Source: Coriobacteriia bacterium (lineage in GTDB: Bacteria > Actinomycetota > Coriobacteriia > Anaerosomatales > PALSA-660). Taken from it: 57,252 nucleotides of DNA. The stretch lies in the NCBI GenBank assembly GCA_025361885.1, contig JANYJF010000032.1, positions 1 through 57,252 of the forward strand. Reading direction: 5' to 3'. This document shows positions 9,738 to 19,762 of the stretch, piece after piece. A program made the position numbers and the translations under genes. Within the stretch, counting starts at the first letter, position 1; each line of letters starts with the position of its first letter. A model generated the notes under the pieces. That model was not told the origin of the DNA. It was given only the letters and a program-made list of their open reading frames with translations, and did not search any database.

Positions 9738-10599
9738 GCGTGTCCCTGACTGTCATCTGTAGCTTGCGAATGAGTCCCGCGATGTCGGCGGCCGTGGCAC
9801 CGCCGTCGTTGACGATGAAGTTCGCGTGCACCGTCGAGACAGCTGCGCCGCCGAGTCGCATGCCCTTGCATCCAGCAGCCTCGATGAGACGGCCCGCCGA
9901 GTCACCCTCGGGATTGACGAACACGCTGCCGGCACTCGGTAGACCGAGCGGTTGGCTCGCTTTGCGCGCCCTGAGGTTCCGCTCCATCTCGGCGCGGATC
10001 CTCAGGGGGTCGCCCTCGGTCACCCGAAGGACTCCCTCGACGATGATACCGCGACGGACGAGGCCGCTGGTGCGATATCCCCACTCGATCGCGGCCCCTT
10101 TGACGAGCGACAACCCGCTTCCCGGAACGAACAACGTCACGGACTCCACGATCTGTCCGATCCAGCCCTCGCGTGTCCCGGCGTTCATGGCCAGCGCGCC
10201 CCCCAGCGTACCCGGGATCCCAACGCCCCAGGTCATGCCGGCGACGCCCTCGTGGAAGGTCTGCTGGACGAGGAATGCGAGGATCGTACCCGCCCCGGCG
10301 CGCAGGGTCCCGTCTGCGATCTCATGGTGTTTGAAGTCACGGCCCAGCACGAGCACCGCGCCGTCGTAGCCTGCATCGGCGACCAGGAGATTCGATCCCT
10401 TGCCGACCACCGTGTACGAAACGTCCTCCTCGAGCAGGACGTCGGTCGCCAGCGACAGGTCCGCGATGGTGTCAGCCACGACCCAGAGTGCCGCGGGCCC
10501 GCCGACGCGGTACGTCGTATGGCGGGACATCGGCTCACCGGAATGCACTTCTCCGGAAAGGGAACCGGCGAGGCGCGCCCGCGCCCGCTCTAGAGACAT
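9691..10599 (-). CDS. murB: UDP-N-acetylenolpyruvoylglucosamine reductase
   Basis: HTTYRVGGPA, GKGSNLL, GIPGTLGGALAMNAG, SAGSVFVNP, HANFIVN. Confidence 0.97.
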   Translation of the reverse strand: MSLERARARLAGSLSGEVHSGEPMSRHTTYRVGGPAALWVVADTIADLSLATDVLLEEDVSYTVVGKGSNLLVADAGYDGAVLVLGRDFKHHEIADGTLRAGAGTILAFLVQQTFHEGVAGMTWGVGIPGTLGGALAMNAGTREGWIGQIVESVTLFVPGSGLSLVKGAAIEWGYRTSGLVRRGIIVEGVLRVTEGDPLRIRAEMERNLRARKASQPLGLPSAGSVFVNPEGDSAGRLIEAAGCKGMRLGGAAVSTVHANFIVNDGGATAADIAGLIRKLQMTVRDTHGVELRPEIRFLGTF

Positions 10600-11990
10600 T
10601 CCGGGGAGCCCCCGCTCTGCGAGCGCTCGGTCAGTGCACGGACGATCTCGGGTCCCATCGACGTCACGTCGCCCGCGCCCATCGTCATGACCATGTCGCC
10701 GGAGCGAAGGCGCGTCGCCAGGTATCCGCCGATGTCGGCACGATGTGGGAAGTACGCGAGCGACGTATGCGCGTCATGCGTGAGGACCGCGTCGACGAGC
10801 GTGTGACCGGAAACGCCGGGAACCGGGGTCTCGCCTGCACTGTAGACGTCCATCAGCACCACGCGGTCGGCGTCGTCGAAGGCGCCACCGAAGTCCCGGG
10901 CGAGAGCAGCGGTGCGCGAGTAGCGATGCGGCTGGAAAAGCACCCATACGCGCCCTCTTGTCGCGCTCCGGGCGGCTGCCAGCGTGGCCTTGACCTCCGT
11001 CGGATGGTGCGCGTAGTCGTCGACGACCCACACGCCTTCCACGTTCGCCACAGTCTCGAAGCGGCGCTTCACACCGCCGAAACCCGCGATGCCGGCGACT
11101 GCGGCCTCCGGGTCGTAGCCGAGCGCCCAAGCGCATGCCAGCACCGCCGTAGCGTTGACGACGTTGTGCACACCGGGGGAGGCGACGAAGCAGGGAACGA
11201 CACGCCCGTCGGGGAACGAGACTTGGAACTCGTGACCGATGCCCTGTGGCTCAAGCTCGAAGCAGCGGACCTGCGCGTCGCGGGACAGGCCATAGCTCAC
11301 CAGGCGAGCCGGGCAGCTGGCCGCGAGGGCCATCGCCCGGTCGTCGTCAGCGCACGCGACCAGCGCGCCATCGTGGTGAACGCGTCCCACGAACTCGCGG
11401 AAGGTCTCGACGACCTCCTCGATGCCCGAATAGTGGTCCAGGTGATCAGCCTCGACGTTCGTCACGATCGCCACGAACGGGTCGAGGTGGACGAACGACC
11501 CGTCGGACTCGTCGGCCTCCACCACGTACAGGTCACCGGAGCCGCAACGCGCGTTGGAGCCGGCGTCCCGGACCTCCCCGCCCACAAGGAACGTGGGATC
11601 AAGACCCATCGCGATGAACGTCGTGGCCGCGAGGGAGCTGGTCGTCGTCTTGCCGTGGGTCCCGGCGACAGCGATGGTCCTCCGGTCACCGGCCAGGGCG
11701 GCAAGCATCCGGGCGCGCTGCCACACCGGTATGCCGCGACGCCGAGCTTCCACGACCTCTGGATTGTCGTCGGGGATCGCGGAGGAGACCACGACTATCT
11801 CCGGGTCTCCGAGGTTGGCGGCGTCGTGTCCGATCGAGACCCTCACGCCTTCCTCGACCAACGCGGATGCGTAGCGCGACATCTTCATGTCCGAGCCGGT
11901 CACCCCGAGGCCCCTGTCGTGCAGGACCTTTGCGATGCCGCTCATGCCGGCGCCGCCGACACCTACGAAGTGCGCGTGGACGCGGCTCAC
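10590..11990 (-). CDS. murC: UDP-N-acetylmuramate--L-alanine ligase
   Basis: HFVGVGGAGMSG, AGTHGKTTT, EADESD, DDYAHHPTE, FQPHRYSRT. Confidence 0.97.
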   Translation of the reverse strand: MSRVHAHFVGVGGAGMSGIAKVLHDRGLGVTGSDMKMSRYASALVEEGVRVSIGHDAANLGDPEIVVVSSAIPDDNPEVVEARRRGIPVWQRARMLAALAGDRRTIAVAGTHGKTTTSSLAATTFIAMGLDPTFLVGGEVRDAGSNARCGSGDLYVVEADESDGSFVHLDPFVAIVTNVEADHLDHYSGIEEVVETFREFVGRVHHDGALVACADDDRAMALAASCPARLVSYGLSRDAQVRCFELEPQGIGHEFQVSFPDGRVVPCFVASPGVHNVVNATAVLACAWALGYDPEAAVAGIAGFGGVKRRFETVANVEGVWVVDDYAHHPTEVKATLAAARSATRGRVWVLFQPHRYSRTAALARDFGGAFDDADRVVLMDVYSAGETPVPGVSGHTLVDAVLTHDAHTSLAYFPHRADIGGYLATRLRSGDMVMTMGAGDVTSMGPEIVRALTERSQSGGSPECL

Positions 11991-13288
11991 GACGCGCTCT
12001 CCTGTTCGGTCGTCGGCCCGACCATCACCGCGCCGTCACCCGGCGCATCACCGCCGGACGCATCGGCGCCCCGAGACACCGTCTCCATGGGGAGTGGAGC
12101 CTTCTTGGGGGCCTTCTCAGCCTTAGCCTGAGCCTTGGCCTGCGCGGCGGCGACCTGGGCGCAGACGTCGGTGTTGCGGCCGGAGCGGCATGCTGTCTCC
12201 ATCGCCACCTCCACCAGCTCCTCGGCCGCCGTCGGACGCCCCAACATCGAGGACGCGCACGCCATCGCACGAAGACGAGCGGGATCGCCCAGCAGCCGGA
12301 ACAGCTCATCGCCGAACATCGGCTTGCCCAAGTCAGCATCGGTGACGCGCCAGGCGGCTCCCGCATCCACCATGGACCTCGCGTTGAGGGTTTGATGATC
12401 GCCGGTCGCGAACGGGTACGGGACGAGCAATGCTGGCCGGCCCAGGACCGTGAGCTCAGCGATGGTCGTGGCTCCGGCGCGGCACACCACAAGGTCGGCG
12501 GCCGCGAGAGCATCGCCCATGTTCTCAACGTAGTCGAGAACGCGATACCATTTCGGCTCCTTGCCGCCCGCCGCCTCCTTGAGCGACGCGCGAACCTGCT
12601 CGGCCTCGGAAGGTCCGGCGATATGAAGGACCCTCAGGTCGGGGACAGCCTTCAACCTTTGGTAGAGGTCTATCATCCCACCGTTGAGATGACGCGCGCC
12701 CCTACTCCCGCCGAAGACCAGGAGGACGAGGTCCTTCCCGCGTAGCTTGAAAGCACGGCGGCCGGCGTCACGGCTCGCAAGTGGGACGTCACAGCGAACG
12801 GGGTTGCCTGTCACCACGGCCCTTGTCGGATACGCGAGATACCCGATGGACTCGGGGTACGTGACACATACGGCCTGGGCCCACCGCGACAGCACGCGGT
12901 TCGCGAGACCGGGCACCGAATTCTGCTCGTGCAGCACCAGCGGCACACCGGCGAACGCCGCCGCTGCTCCCAGGGGCAGCGAGACGTAGCCGCCGAAGCC
13001 GACCACGACATCTGCCTTGTAGCGCCACAGCAGGCCCAGCGCTCTCAAGAAGGACGCCAAGATCGTGAATGACGACGTGACCAGCGTCGACGGCTTGGCG
13101 CGGTCGTATCCTTTGGCTGGGAGCCCGTGGAACTCGAAGCCCGCTTGCGGGACCAATCGCGACTCAAGCCCCGCGGGGGTGCCCACGAATGCGACCGCGT
13201 TATGCTCGTCGCCCGCGAGTAGAGACGCCACCGTCAACGCGGGATAGATGTGGCCGGCCGTCCCTCCGCCGCTCACCAGTACGCGCAC
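11987..13288 (-). CDS. murG: Lipid II GlcNAc transferase MurG, with low-complexity C-terminal extension
   Basis: GGGTAGHIYP, HEQNSVPGLAN, TGNPVR, GGSRGA, CRAGATT. Likely GTG start at 13288. Confidence 0.96.
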   Translation of the reverse strand: MRVLVSGGGTAGHIYPALTVASLLAGDEHNAVAFVGTPAGLESRLVPQAGFEFHGLPAKGYDRAKPSTLVTSSFTILASFLRALGLLWRYKADVVVGFGGYVSLPLGAAAAFAGVPLVLHEQNSVPGLANRVLSRWAQAVCVTYPESIGYLAYPTRAVVTGNPVRCDVPLASRDAGRRAFKLRGKDLVLLVFGGSRGARHLNGGMIDLYQRLKAVPDLRVLHIAGPSEAEQVRASLKEAAGGKEPKWYRVLDYVENMGDALAAADLVVCRAGATTIAELTVLGRPALLVPYPFATGDHQTLNARSMVDAGAAWRVTDADLGKPMFGDELFRLLGDPARLRAMACASSMLGRPTAAEELVEVAMETACRSGRNTDVCAQVAAAQAKAQAKAEKAPKKAPLPMETVSRGADASGGDAPGDGAVMVGPTTEQESAS

Positions 13289-14441
13289 GCTCGCTCCCAT
13301 CTGCTGAGGACACGCGCGCGGGGATGCCACGCGCGAGGACTAGACCGTGACTGGACACCGAGAGTATAAGGCCCACCCCGGCAAGGGTGAACAACAACGA
13401 CGTGCCTCCGTAACTCACAAGCGGCAGCGGGAGCCCGGTGATAGGCATCAACTGCGTGGCGGCGGCCATGTTGATGACCGCCTGCGCAACGATCAGCGTC
13501 GTCAGCCCCCCGGCGACGAGCTTCCCCAGAAGATCACGAGAGCCAAGCGCGATTCGGAAGCCTGCGACTGTGAAAGCCCCGAAAGCGATGACGACGCTGA
13601 GCGTACCCCACAATCCGAGCTCTTCGCCGATGATCGAGAAGATGAAGTCGGTCTGGGCCTCGGGCAGGTAGAAGTACTTCTGAGCGGACATGCCCAGCCC
13701 GGCGCCCTTCCAGCCACCGGATCCGAACGCGAGAAGCGACTGGATGGTGTGGTAGCCGGTGCCCTGCGGATCCGCCCACGGGTTGACGAACGACAGCAGC
13801 CTCGCGACGCGGTAGGGCTCCATGACAGTCAGCGCCAGTGCTCCTACGGCCGCCGCTGCGGCCATCATCGCGATGTATCGCCACTCGACCCCGCCGAGGA
13901 TGAGCACGGCCCCGACACCCAGGGTCGTCGTCATCGCGGTACCCATGTCGCGCTGCAACAAGACCAGGAGCAACACGGGCCCGACGGCAGCCAGAAAACG
14001 CCCAAGGTCAGGCATCCTGCGGTCGCGTCCCCCGGTCCGATCCGCGACGAGGGCCGCGACCGCGAACACAAGGATGAGCTTCGCCAACTCCGAGGGCTGG
14101 AACGATATCCCACCGATGTCGAACCAGCTCCTGGCACCGTTGCGGGTCACGCCGGCGAACATCACGGCGACCAGGGCGGTGTCCGCGAAGATCAGCCCCA
14201 TCCAGTACAGGCGCTTCCAGAAGTGATAGTCCACGCGCGACGCGAGCCCTAGGACCGCGAGTCCGGCCAGCAGGGCGAGCGCCTGTCTCTTGATGTGGTA
14301 GGCGCTGTCGTGGTAGCGGAGGAAGTCCGGGCCCGACGACGCTGAGAAGACCATGACAAGCCCCAGGAGCACGAGGAACACCACGGACCCCAGGAGCACG
14401 TAGCGGGCGGTCGTGCCGCCCGCATGCTTCTCCCCGCTCAC
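13200..14441 (-). CDS. ftsW: Peptidoglycan polymerase FtsW (SEDS family)
   Basis: FQPSELAK, LPEAQTDFIF, GEELG, PLVSYGGTS. GTG at 14441 overlaps the murD stop. Confidence 0.95.
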   Translation of the reverse strand: MSGEKHAGGTTARYVLLGSVVFLVLLGLVMVFSASSGPDFLRYHDSAYHIKRQALALLAGLAVLGLASRVDYHFWKRLYWMGLIFADTALVAVMFAGVTRNGARSWFDIGGISFQPSELAKLILVFAVAALVADRTGGRDRRMPDLGRFLAAVGPVLLLVLLQRDMGTAMTTTLGVGAVLILGGVEWRYIAMMAAAAAVGALALTVMEPYRVARLLSFVNPWADPQGTGYHTIQSLLAFGSGGWKGAGLGMSAQKYFYLPEAQTDFIFSIIGEELGLWGTLSVVIAFGAFTVAGFRIALGSRDLLGKLVAGGLTTLIVAQAVINMAAATQLMPITGLPLPLVSYGGTSLLFTLAGVGLILSVSSHGLVLARGIPARVSSADGSERARTGERRRDGRPHLSRVDGGVSTRGRRA

Positions 14442-15841
14442 GTCCCACTCCCGCGAGGCATCTCGTGCACCATGCGCTTGAACTCGCATCCGCGGTGACC
14501 GTACGAGCGGAATTCATCGAATGACGCGTTGGCGGGCGACAGCAGGACCACATCACCGGGAACAGCGATCCGAGTGGCCGCCATCACAGCCTGCGACATC
14601 GTCGGGACCTCCACTGTGGTCATGGACAGTCCCGAGAACGCCTCGTGCAACTCGGGCAGGCACTCGCCGAACAGAACGGCGGCCTTGGCACGCGCTGCCA
14701 CAGCACGGGCCAGGGGGCCGAGATCGTTGTGCTTGTTGCGCCCGCCGAGCAGAACGATCAGCGGCTCGTCACAGAAGGCCGTGAGCGCCTTGAGCACCGC
14801 GTCGGGGTTCGTCGCCTTCGAGTCGTTGACGAATCGCACTCCCCCCACCTCCCCGGCCGGCTCCAGCCGGTGCTCCACGGGCTCGAACGAGGTGAGGCCG
14901 CGCCGGACTGCGTCGCTGCCAGCGCCCAACGCCAGCGCGGCGGTCGCGGCGGCGAGCGCGTTGCTCACGTTGTGGTCGCCGCGGATCCGCAGCTCCCCAG
15001 GCGCCACGAGCGCCACCGGACCGTCCGGTCTCTCGACCGTCAGGACGCCGTCGACGACGGACGCACCTCCTGGACGCAGCGCGACGCGGCTCACGCGGGC
15101 GACCGTCGCGCCCGTGGCCTCGGCCGCGCCCACCTTGGCGGCGGAGCCAGGATCGTCGATATCGATGATCACCGTGTCGCCCGGTCCCATGTTCGCGAAG
15201 ACCTTCGCCTTGTCGGCGCCGTACGCTTCACGACTGCCGTGCCAATCCAGGTGGTCGGGCGTGATGTTGAGCAGCACCGCGACCTTGGGGCGGAAACGGT
15301 CGGTCAGCGCCAACTGGAAGGACGACACCTCCGCCACCAGCACGGCACGCTCGGGAGCCGAGGCCGCCGCTTCGACGACAGACGTCTCCCCGATGTTGCC
15401 GCAGACACGGGCGTCGATCCCCCCGCCACGCAGCAGGTGCGCGAGGAGTGCCGTGACCGTCGTCTTCCCGTTGGTGCCGGTCACGGCGGCGATCGGAGCG
15501 CACGCGATCAGCCAACCAAGCTCCACCTCGGAGATCACCGAAGCCCCTGTCGCCTTCGCGGAGAGCATCACCGCCGCGTGCGGAGGGATACCGGGACTCG
15601 CCACGACCAGGTCCCAGGGACCGTCCGGGACACCCGTGACGCCCAGGAACACGTCGGCCCCCTCGTCGCGAAGGTCCCGAGCCCGGCTCGCAAGCGAGGC
15701 ATCTTCCGACCCGCCGCGCTCGTCGACGACCGTCACGAGCACGCCTTCGCCGGAAGATGCGCGGCTGAGTTCGTATCGGGCCGCGGCCATGCCGGACATC
15801 CCGAGGCCGAGCACCAGTATCCGCTGGAGACCCTCGCCCAT
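14438..15841 (-). CDS. murD: UDP-MurNAc-L-Ala--D-glutamate ligase
   Basis: GLGMSG, SPGIP, TGTNGKTT, EVSSFQL, NDSKATN, LLSPANASFD. Confidence 0.97.
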   Translation of the reverse strand: MGEGLQRILVLGLGMSGMAAARYELSRASSGEGVLVTVVDERGGSEDASLASRARDLRDEGADVFLGVTGVPDGPWDLVVASPGIPPHAAVMLSAKATGASVISEVELGWLIACAPIAAVTGTNGKTTVTALLAHLLRGGGIDARVCGNIGETSVVEAAASAPERAVLVAEVSSFQLALTDRFRPKVAVLLNITPDHLDWHGSREAYGADKAKVFANMGPGDTVIIDIDDPGSAAKVGAAEATGATVARVSRVALRPGGASVVDGVLTVERPDGPVALVAPGELRIRGDHNVSNALAAATAALALGAGSDAVRRGLTSFEPVEHRLEPAGEVGGVRFVNDSKATNPDAVLKALTAFCDEPLIVLLGGRNKHNDLGPLARAVAARAKAAVLFGECLPELHEAFSGLSMTTVEVPTMSQAVMAATRIAVPGDVVLLSPANASFDEFRSYGHRGCEFKRMVHEMPRGSGT

Positions 15842-15847
15842 AGCCGG

Positions 15848-16906
15848 TTACCGCCGGAACGAGTTGATGAAGAACGCAGCAAAACCGGCTCCGGCCAGAA
15901 TACCGGTCACGATCCAGAAACGGACCATCACCTTGGTCTCGGACCACCCCTTCATCTCGAAGTGGTGGTGGAGTGGCGCCATGCGGAAGATCCGCTTGCC
16001 GGTCAGCTTGAAGGACGCCACCTGCAGGATCACCGAGAGCCCTTCGGCCACGTAGATGCCGCCTATGATCGGCAGGAGCAGCTCGGACTTGGTGAGGATG
16101 GCGAGCGCGGCGATGGCCGCACCCAGACCCAGTGAGCCCGTGTCGCCCATGAAGATGTCCGCCGGGAAACTGTTGTACCAAAGGAAGCCCAGGCACGCCC
16201 CCGCCACGGCGCCGGCGTACAACGCGAGTTGCAGGTGGTTCTGCCGGAACGCGATAGCCGCGTAGGCCAGCACCACGATCATGACTGTGCCGGCCGCCAG
16301 GCCGTCGAGCCCGTCCGTGAGGTTCACGGTGTTCGATGTGCTGATGATCATGGTGAAGATGAGGCCGAGGTACAGCCACGGGATGACGATCGCCGATCCA
16401 CCGAGATGCAGCGTGGTCGTCAGGATCCCGAGGTCGAGGTACCGCGAGGTCAACGGGATGACGACCTTGGACCCGACGCCCGCCCAGTTCACCGCCAACA
16501 TCCCGAACGCACCCGCGATAAGGAACTGCCACAGGATCTTGGCACGAGGACGCAGACCCAGCGATCGCGCCTTGAGAACCTTCGAGTAGTCATCCACGAA
16601 GCCCAAGATGCCGCACGACAGCATGACTCCCACGGCCAGGATCGCGGCCCTGTCGAAGCGGCCCATCGCAAAGAAGACCGCAGTGATGACGAGCAGGATC
16701 AGGACGCCGCCCATCGTGGGCGTACCCTGCTTGACCAAGTGACCCTGCGGGCCGTCGGCGCGCACCTGCTGTCCGATGTTGCGGAAGCGCACCAAGCGTA
16801 TCCAGAACGGGAACAGCGCCCCCGCTGCGACCATCGCGACGATGACGGCCAGGAACACCTGGTAGGTCGGATACCTGCTGATGTCGAGCGGCAGAAGGTT
16901 AGGCAT
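15848..16906 (-). CDS. mraY: Phospho-N-acetylmuramoyl-pentapeptide transferase
   Basis: KQGTPTMGG, GFVDD, NTVNLTDGLDGL, FMGDTGS, MAPLHHHFE. Confidence 0.98.
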   Translation of the reverse strand: MPNLLPLDISRYPTYQVFLAVIVAMVAAGALFPFWIRLVRFRNIGQQVRADGPQGHLVKQGTPTMGGVLILLVITAVFFAMGRFDRAAILAVGVMLSCGILGFVDDYSKVLKARSLGLRPRAKILWQFLIAGAFGMLAVNWAGVGSKVVIPLTSRYLDLGILTTTLHLGGSAIVIPWLYLGLIFTMIISTSNTVNLTDGLDGLAAGTVMIVVLAYAAIAFRQNHLQLALYAGAVAGACLGFLWYNSFPADIFMGDTGSLGLGAAIAALAILTKSELLLPIIGGIYVAEGLSVILQVASFKLTGKRIFRMAPLHHHFEMKGWSETKVMVRFWIVTGILAGAGFAAFFINSFRR

Positions 16907-18308
16907 GCGGCTCTATGATCCCTTCCACGACGCGCTCCAGCTGCATCACGCGCGAGGCCTTCACGAGCACCAGGTCACCCGGCGCAAGCAGATCGTCGAG
17001 GACTTCCCCCGCCTCCTCGACCGTCGCGCAGGGCCGCACGCTCTCGGCGGGCATCCCCTCAGCACGCGCGCCCTCTGCGATCCGCAGAGCGCACACCCCG
17101 ACCGTGACGAGGATATCGGCGTGCTCGGGCACGATCTCGCCCAGCCCGAAGTGCGCCAGCTCGGACAGCGAGCCCAGCTCGGCCATGTCGCCCAGCACAG
17201 CGATCCTGCGCCCTTCGGTCGGCATGTCTCGCAATGTCGCGAGTGCCGCTCGCATCGAGGTCGGGGAAGCGTTATAGGCGTCGTTTATGACGGTCACTCC
17301 GCTGGCGCTGGAGAAGACCTGCATGCGCATGCCGGTCGTGCGTGCCACGGCGAGTCCCTCGGCGATGTCCTTGAGGCTCAACCCGAGGTAGAGTGCGACA
17401 GCGGCAGCCGCGGCGGCGTTGTACGCGTTGTGACGACCCGGGATCGGCAGTGTGACCTCCGCGGTCTCGCCGGCCGCTTGGAGCGTGAATGAGGGAAGCC
17501 CGTCCTCTCCGACCGTCAGACCGACCGCCCGCACGTCGTCGCCGGGCTCGGTCCCATACGTCACCACGGGCGCTTGAGCCTGCTCGGCGAGGCGCGCCGA
17601 GTGCACGTCGTCGCCGTTGAGGAACACGCGACCGGCACCTCCGACGCATCGCACGATCTCAGCCTTCGCGTCGACTATGGCCTCCTGGCTTCCCAGGACC
17701 TCGATGTGCGTCATGCCCACGTTCGTGACGAGCGCGGCTGTCGGCCGCGCGATGTGGCACAGCGCCGCTATCTGGCCCGGGCCGCGCATGCCCATCTCGA
17801 CGACGACGACATCGGTGTCGGGGCCCATCTCGAGAAGCGTGAGTGGCACGCCCAATTCGTTGTTGCGGTTCCCGCGGGTCGCCACGACCTTGAGCTTTGT
17901 CGCCAGAGCTGACGCTATGAAGTCCTTCGTCGTGGTCTTGCCTGTGGAGCCGGTGATGCCGATGACCGGACGGTCGGACCTCGAGCGATGCCACGAAGCG
18001 AGTGCGCTGACCGCCACGAGCGGGTCGGAGACCCGGATGATCGCCGCCTCGGGGCGCCGCGCTTCGATCACGGCGGTCTCCATCGCTTCGTCCCATCGGG
18101 TGACCAAGGCGGCACGCGCGCCGGCAGCCAACGCCTCGCCGACGAAGTCGTGGCCGTCGGCGTGTTCGCCTATGAAGGCCACGTACAGGCAGCCGGGCGT
18201 GACCTCGCGCGAGTCGACCGCGACGCCGTTGACCGTGACCGTCCCCGCGCCGCGCACGACTGTTCCTCCCGTGACCTGAGCCAGCGTGTCGACCGATGCC
18301 CTCAGCAC
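16899..18308 (-). CDS. murF: UDP-MurNAc-tripeptide--D-Ala-D-Ala ligase
   Basis: DSR, ITGSTGKTTTKD, NNELGVPLTL, EMGM, INDAYNASP, GDMAELG, KASR. Confidence 0.96.
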   Translation of the reverse strand: MLRASVDTLAQVTGGTVVRGAGTVTVNGVAVDSREVTPGCLYVAFIGEHADGHDFVGEALAAGARAALVTRWDEAMETAVIEARRPEAAIIRVSDPLVAVSALASWHRSRSDRPVIGITGSTGKTTTKDFIASALATKLKVVATRGNRNNELGVPLTLLEMGPDTDVVVVEMGMRGPGQIAALCHIARPTAALVTNVGMTHIEVLGSQEAIVDAKAEIVRCVGGAGRVFLNGDDVHSARLAEQAQAPVVTYGTEPGDDVRAVGLTVGEDGLPSFTLQAAGETAEVTLPIPGRHNAYNAAAAAAVALYLGLSLKDIAEGLAVARTTGMRMQVFSSASGVTVINDAYNASPTSMRAALATLRDMPTEGRRIAVLGDMAELGSLSELAHFGLGEIVPEHADILVTVGVCALRIAEGARAEGMPAESVRPCATVEEAGEVLDDLLAPGDLVLVKASRVMQLERVVEGIIEPHA

Positions 18309-19756
18309 AGTCGCCTCAACTCCTCGGACGCGACCTCACGGTCGTCGAAGTGGATGGTGCGGTCCGCGAAGATCTGGTAGTCCTCGTGGCCCTTGCCGGC
18401 GATGAGGACCGCGTCGCCCTCGCGAGCGAGGGACAGCGCCAGCTCGATGGCGTGCCTGCGGTCGACCTCGACGTGCTTCGACGCCGCACAGTGGGTCATC
18501 CCGTCCTCGACCTGAAGGATGATGCCGACCGGGTCCTCGCTGCGCGGGTTGTCGCTGGTGACGATGGCGATGTCCGAGAGGCTCGCCGCCGCACGGCCCA
18601 TGAGCGGACGCTTAGCCGGGTCGCGGTCTCCGCCGCAACCGAACACCGTGATGACGCGGCCAGCGGTCACTGCGCGAACCGCCGTGATCGCCTTCTCGAG
18701 GCCGTCGGGTGTATGCGCGTAGTCGACGAACACCGCGAACGGCTGTCCTTCCTCGATGCGCTCGAGACGCCCCGGTACCTGCGGCGCCGCCTCGAGTCCG
18801 GCGACGATGGTGTCTAGCGGGATACGGAGTGCCAACCCACAGCCTGCGGCCACCAGCGCGTTGGACACGTTGAAGGCCCCGGTCAGGGGCAGGGCGAGGC
18901 GCCGCGTGCCTTGTGGGGTCACCAGGTCCAATGAGGTGGACCTCAGCCCCATCTCGATGCGTGTCGCCCGTACGCGCGCCTCAGGAGATACGCCGACGGT
19001 CCACTCGGCACCTGTCTGGACCACGAGCCTGCGCCCGTGCTCATCGTCGATGTTGACGACCTGCGAGTCAGGCGGGACGTGGCGGAACAGTCGAGACTTC
19101 ACCGAGAAGTACTCCTCGATGGACGGGTGATAGTCCAAATGGTCCTGACTCAGGTTCGTGAACGCTGCGACGGCGAACCGCACACCGTCGACCCGGTGAA
19201 GGTCGATGGCGTGGGATGAGACCTCCATGACGGCCGCGTCCACGCCTTCCTCGACCATGTGCGCGAGCAGCGCCTGGAGATCGCGCGACTCGGGCGTGGT
19301 GCGGCCAGCGGGCTCGCGAGCGCCGGCGATGCGTGTCTCCACGGTCCCGACGATCCCGGTCGTGTGCCCCGCTTCGCGCAGGATCGAGTCGATGATGTAC
19401 GTGGTGGTGGTCTTGCCGTTCGTGCCCGTGACGCCGACGAGCGCCATATGATGTGACGGATCACCGAAGAACACGGCGGAAGCCAGCGCGAGCGCCTGGC
19501 GCGTGTCGGCAACGACGACCTGCGGAATCGCGGGAATGTCGACCATGTGGCTCGTCACGAGCACGGACGCACCACGGGCGGCGGCGTCCGCGGCGAACTC
19601 ATGACCGTCATGGACGAACCCGGGCACACAGAAGAAGGCATCGCCGGGCCGCACGCGATCCGAGCGGTAGGCGATGCCGGTGACCTGAGCACGCAGGCCC
19701 TCAGGGCCGACAGCCTCGGTCGTCGGAAGAAGTTGCGAAAGGTTCAGGGGATCCAC
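18302..19756 (-). CDS. murE: UDP-MurNAc-dipeptide--diamino acid ligase (DNPR motif, meso-DAP type)
   Basis: TGTNGKTTT, TTPES, MEVSSH, DYAHTPD, FGCGGDRD, SDNPR, GKGHE. Confidence 0.97.
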   Translation of the reverse strand: MDPLNLSQLLPTTEAVGPEGLRAQVTGIAYRSDRVRPGDAFFCVPGFVHDGHEFAADAAARGASVLVTSHMVDIPAIPQVVVADTRQALALASAVFFGDPSHHMALVGVTGTNGKTTTTYIIDSILREAGHTTGIVGTVETRIAGAREPAGRTTPESRDLQALLAHMVEEGVDAAVMEVSSHAIDLHRVDGVRFAVAAFTNLSQDHLDYHPSIEEYFSVKSRLFRHVPPDSQVVNIDDEHGRRLVVQTGAEWTVGVSPEARVRATRIEMGLRSTSLDLVTPQGTRRLALPLTGAFNVSNALVAAGCGLALRIPLDTIVAGLEAAPQVPGRLERIEEGQPFAVFVDYAHTPDGLEKAITAVRAVTAGRVITVFGCGGDRDPAKRPLMGRAAASLSDIAIVTSDNPRSEDPVGIILQVEDGMTHCAASKHVEVDRRHAIELALSLAREGDAVLIAGKGHEDYQIFADRTIHFDDREVASEELRRLC

Positions 19757-19762
19757 GATTCC

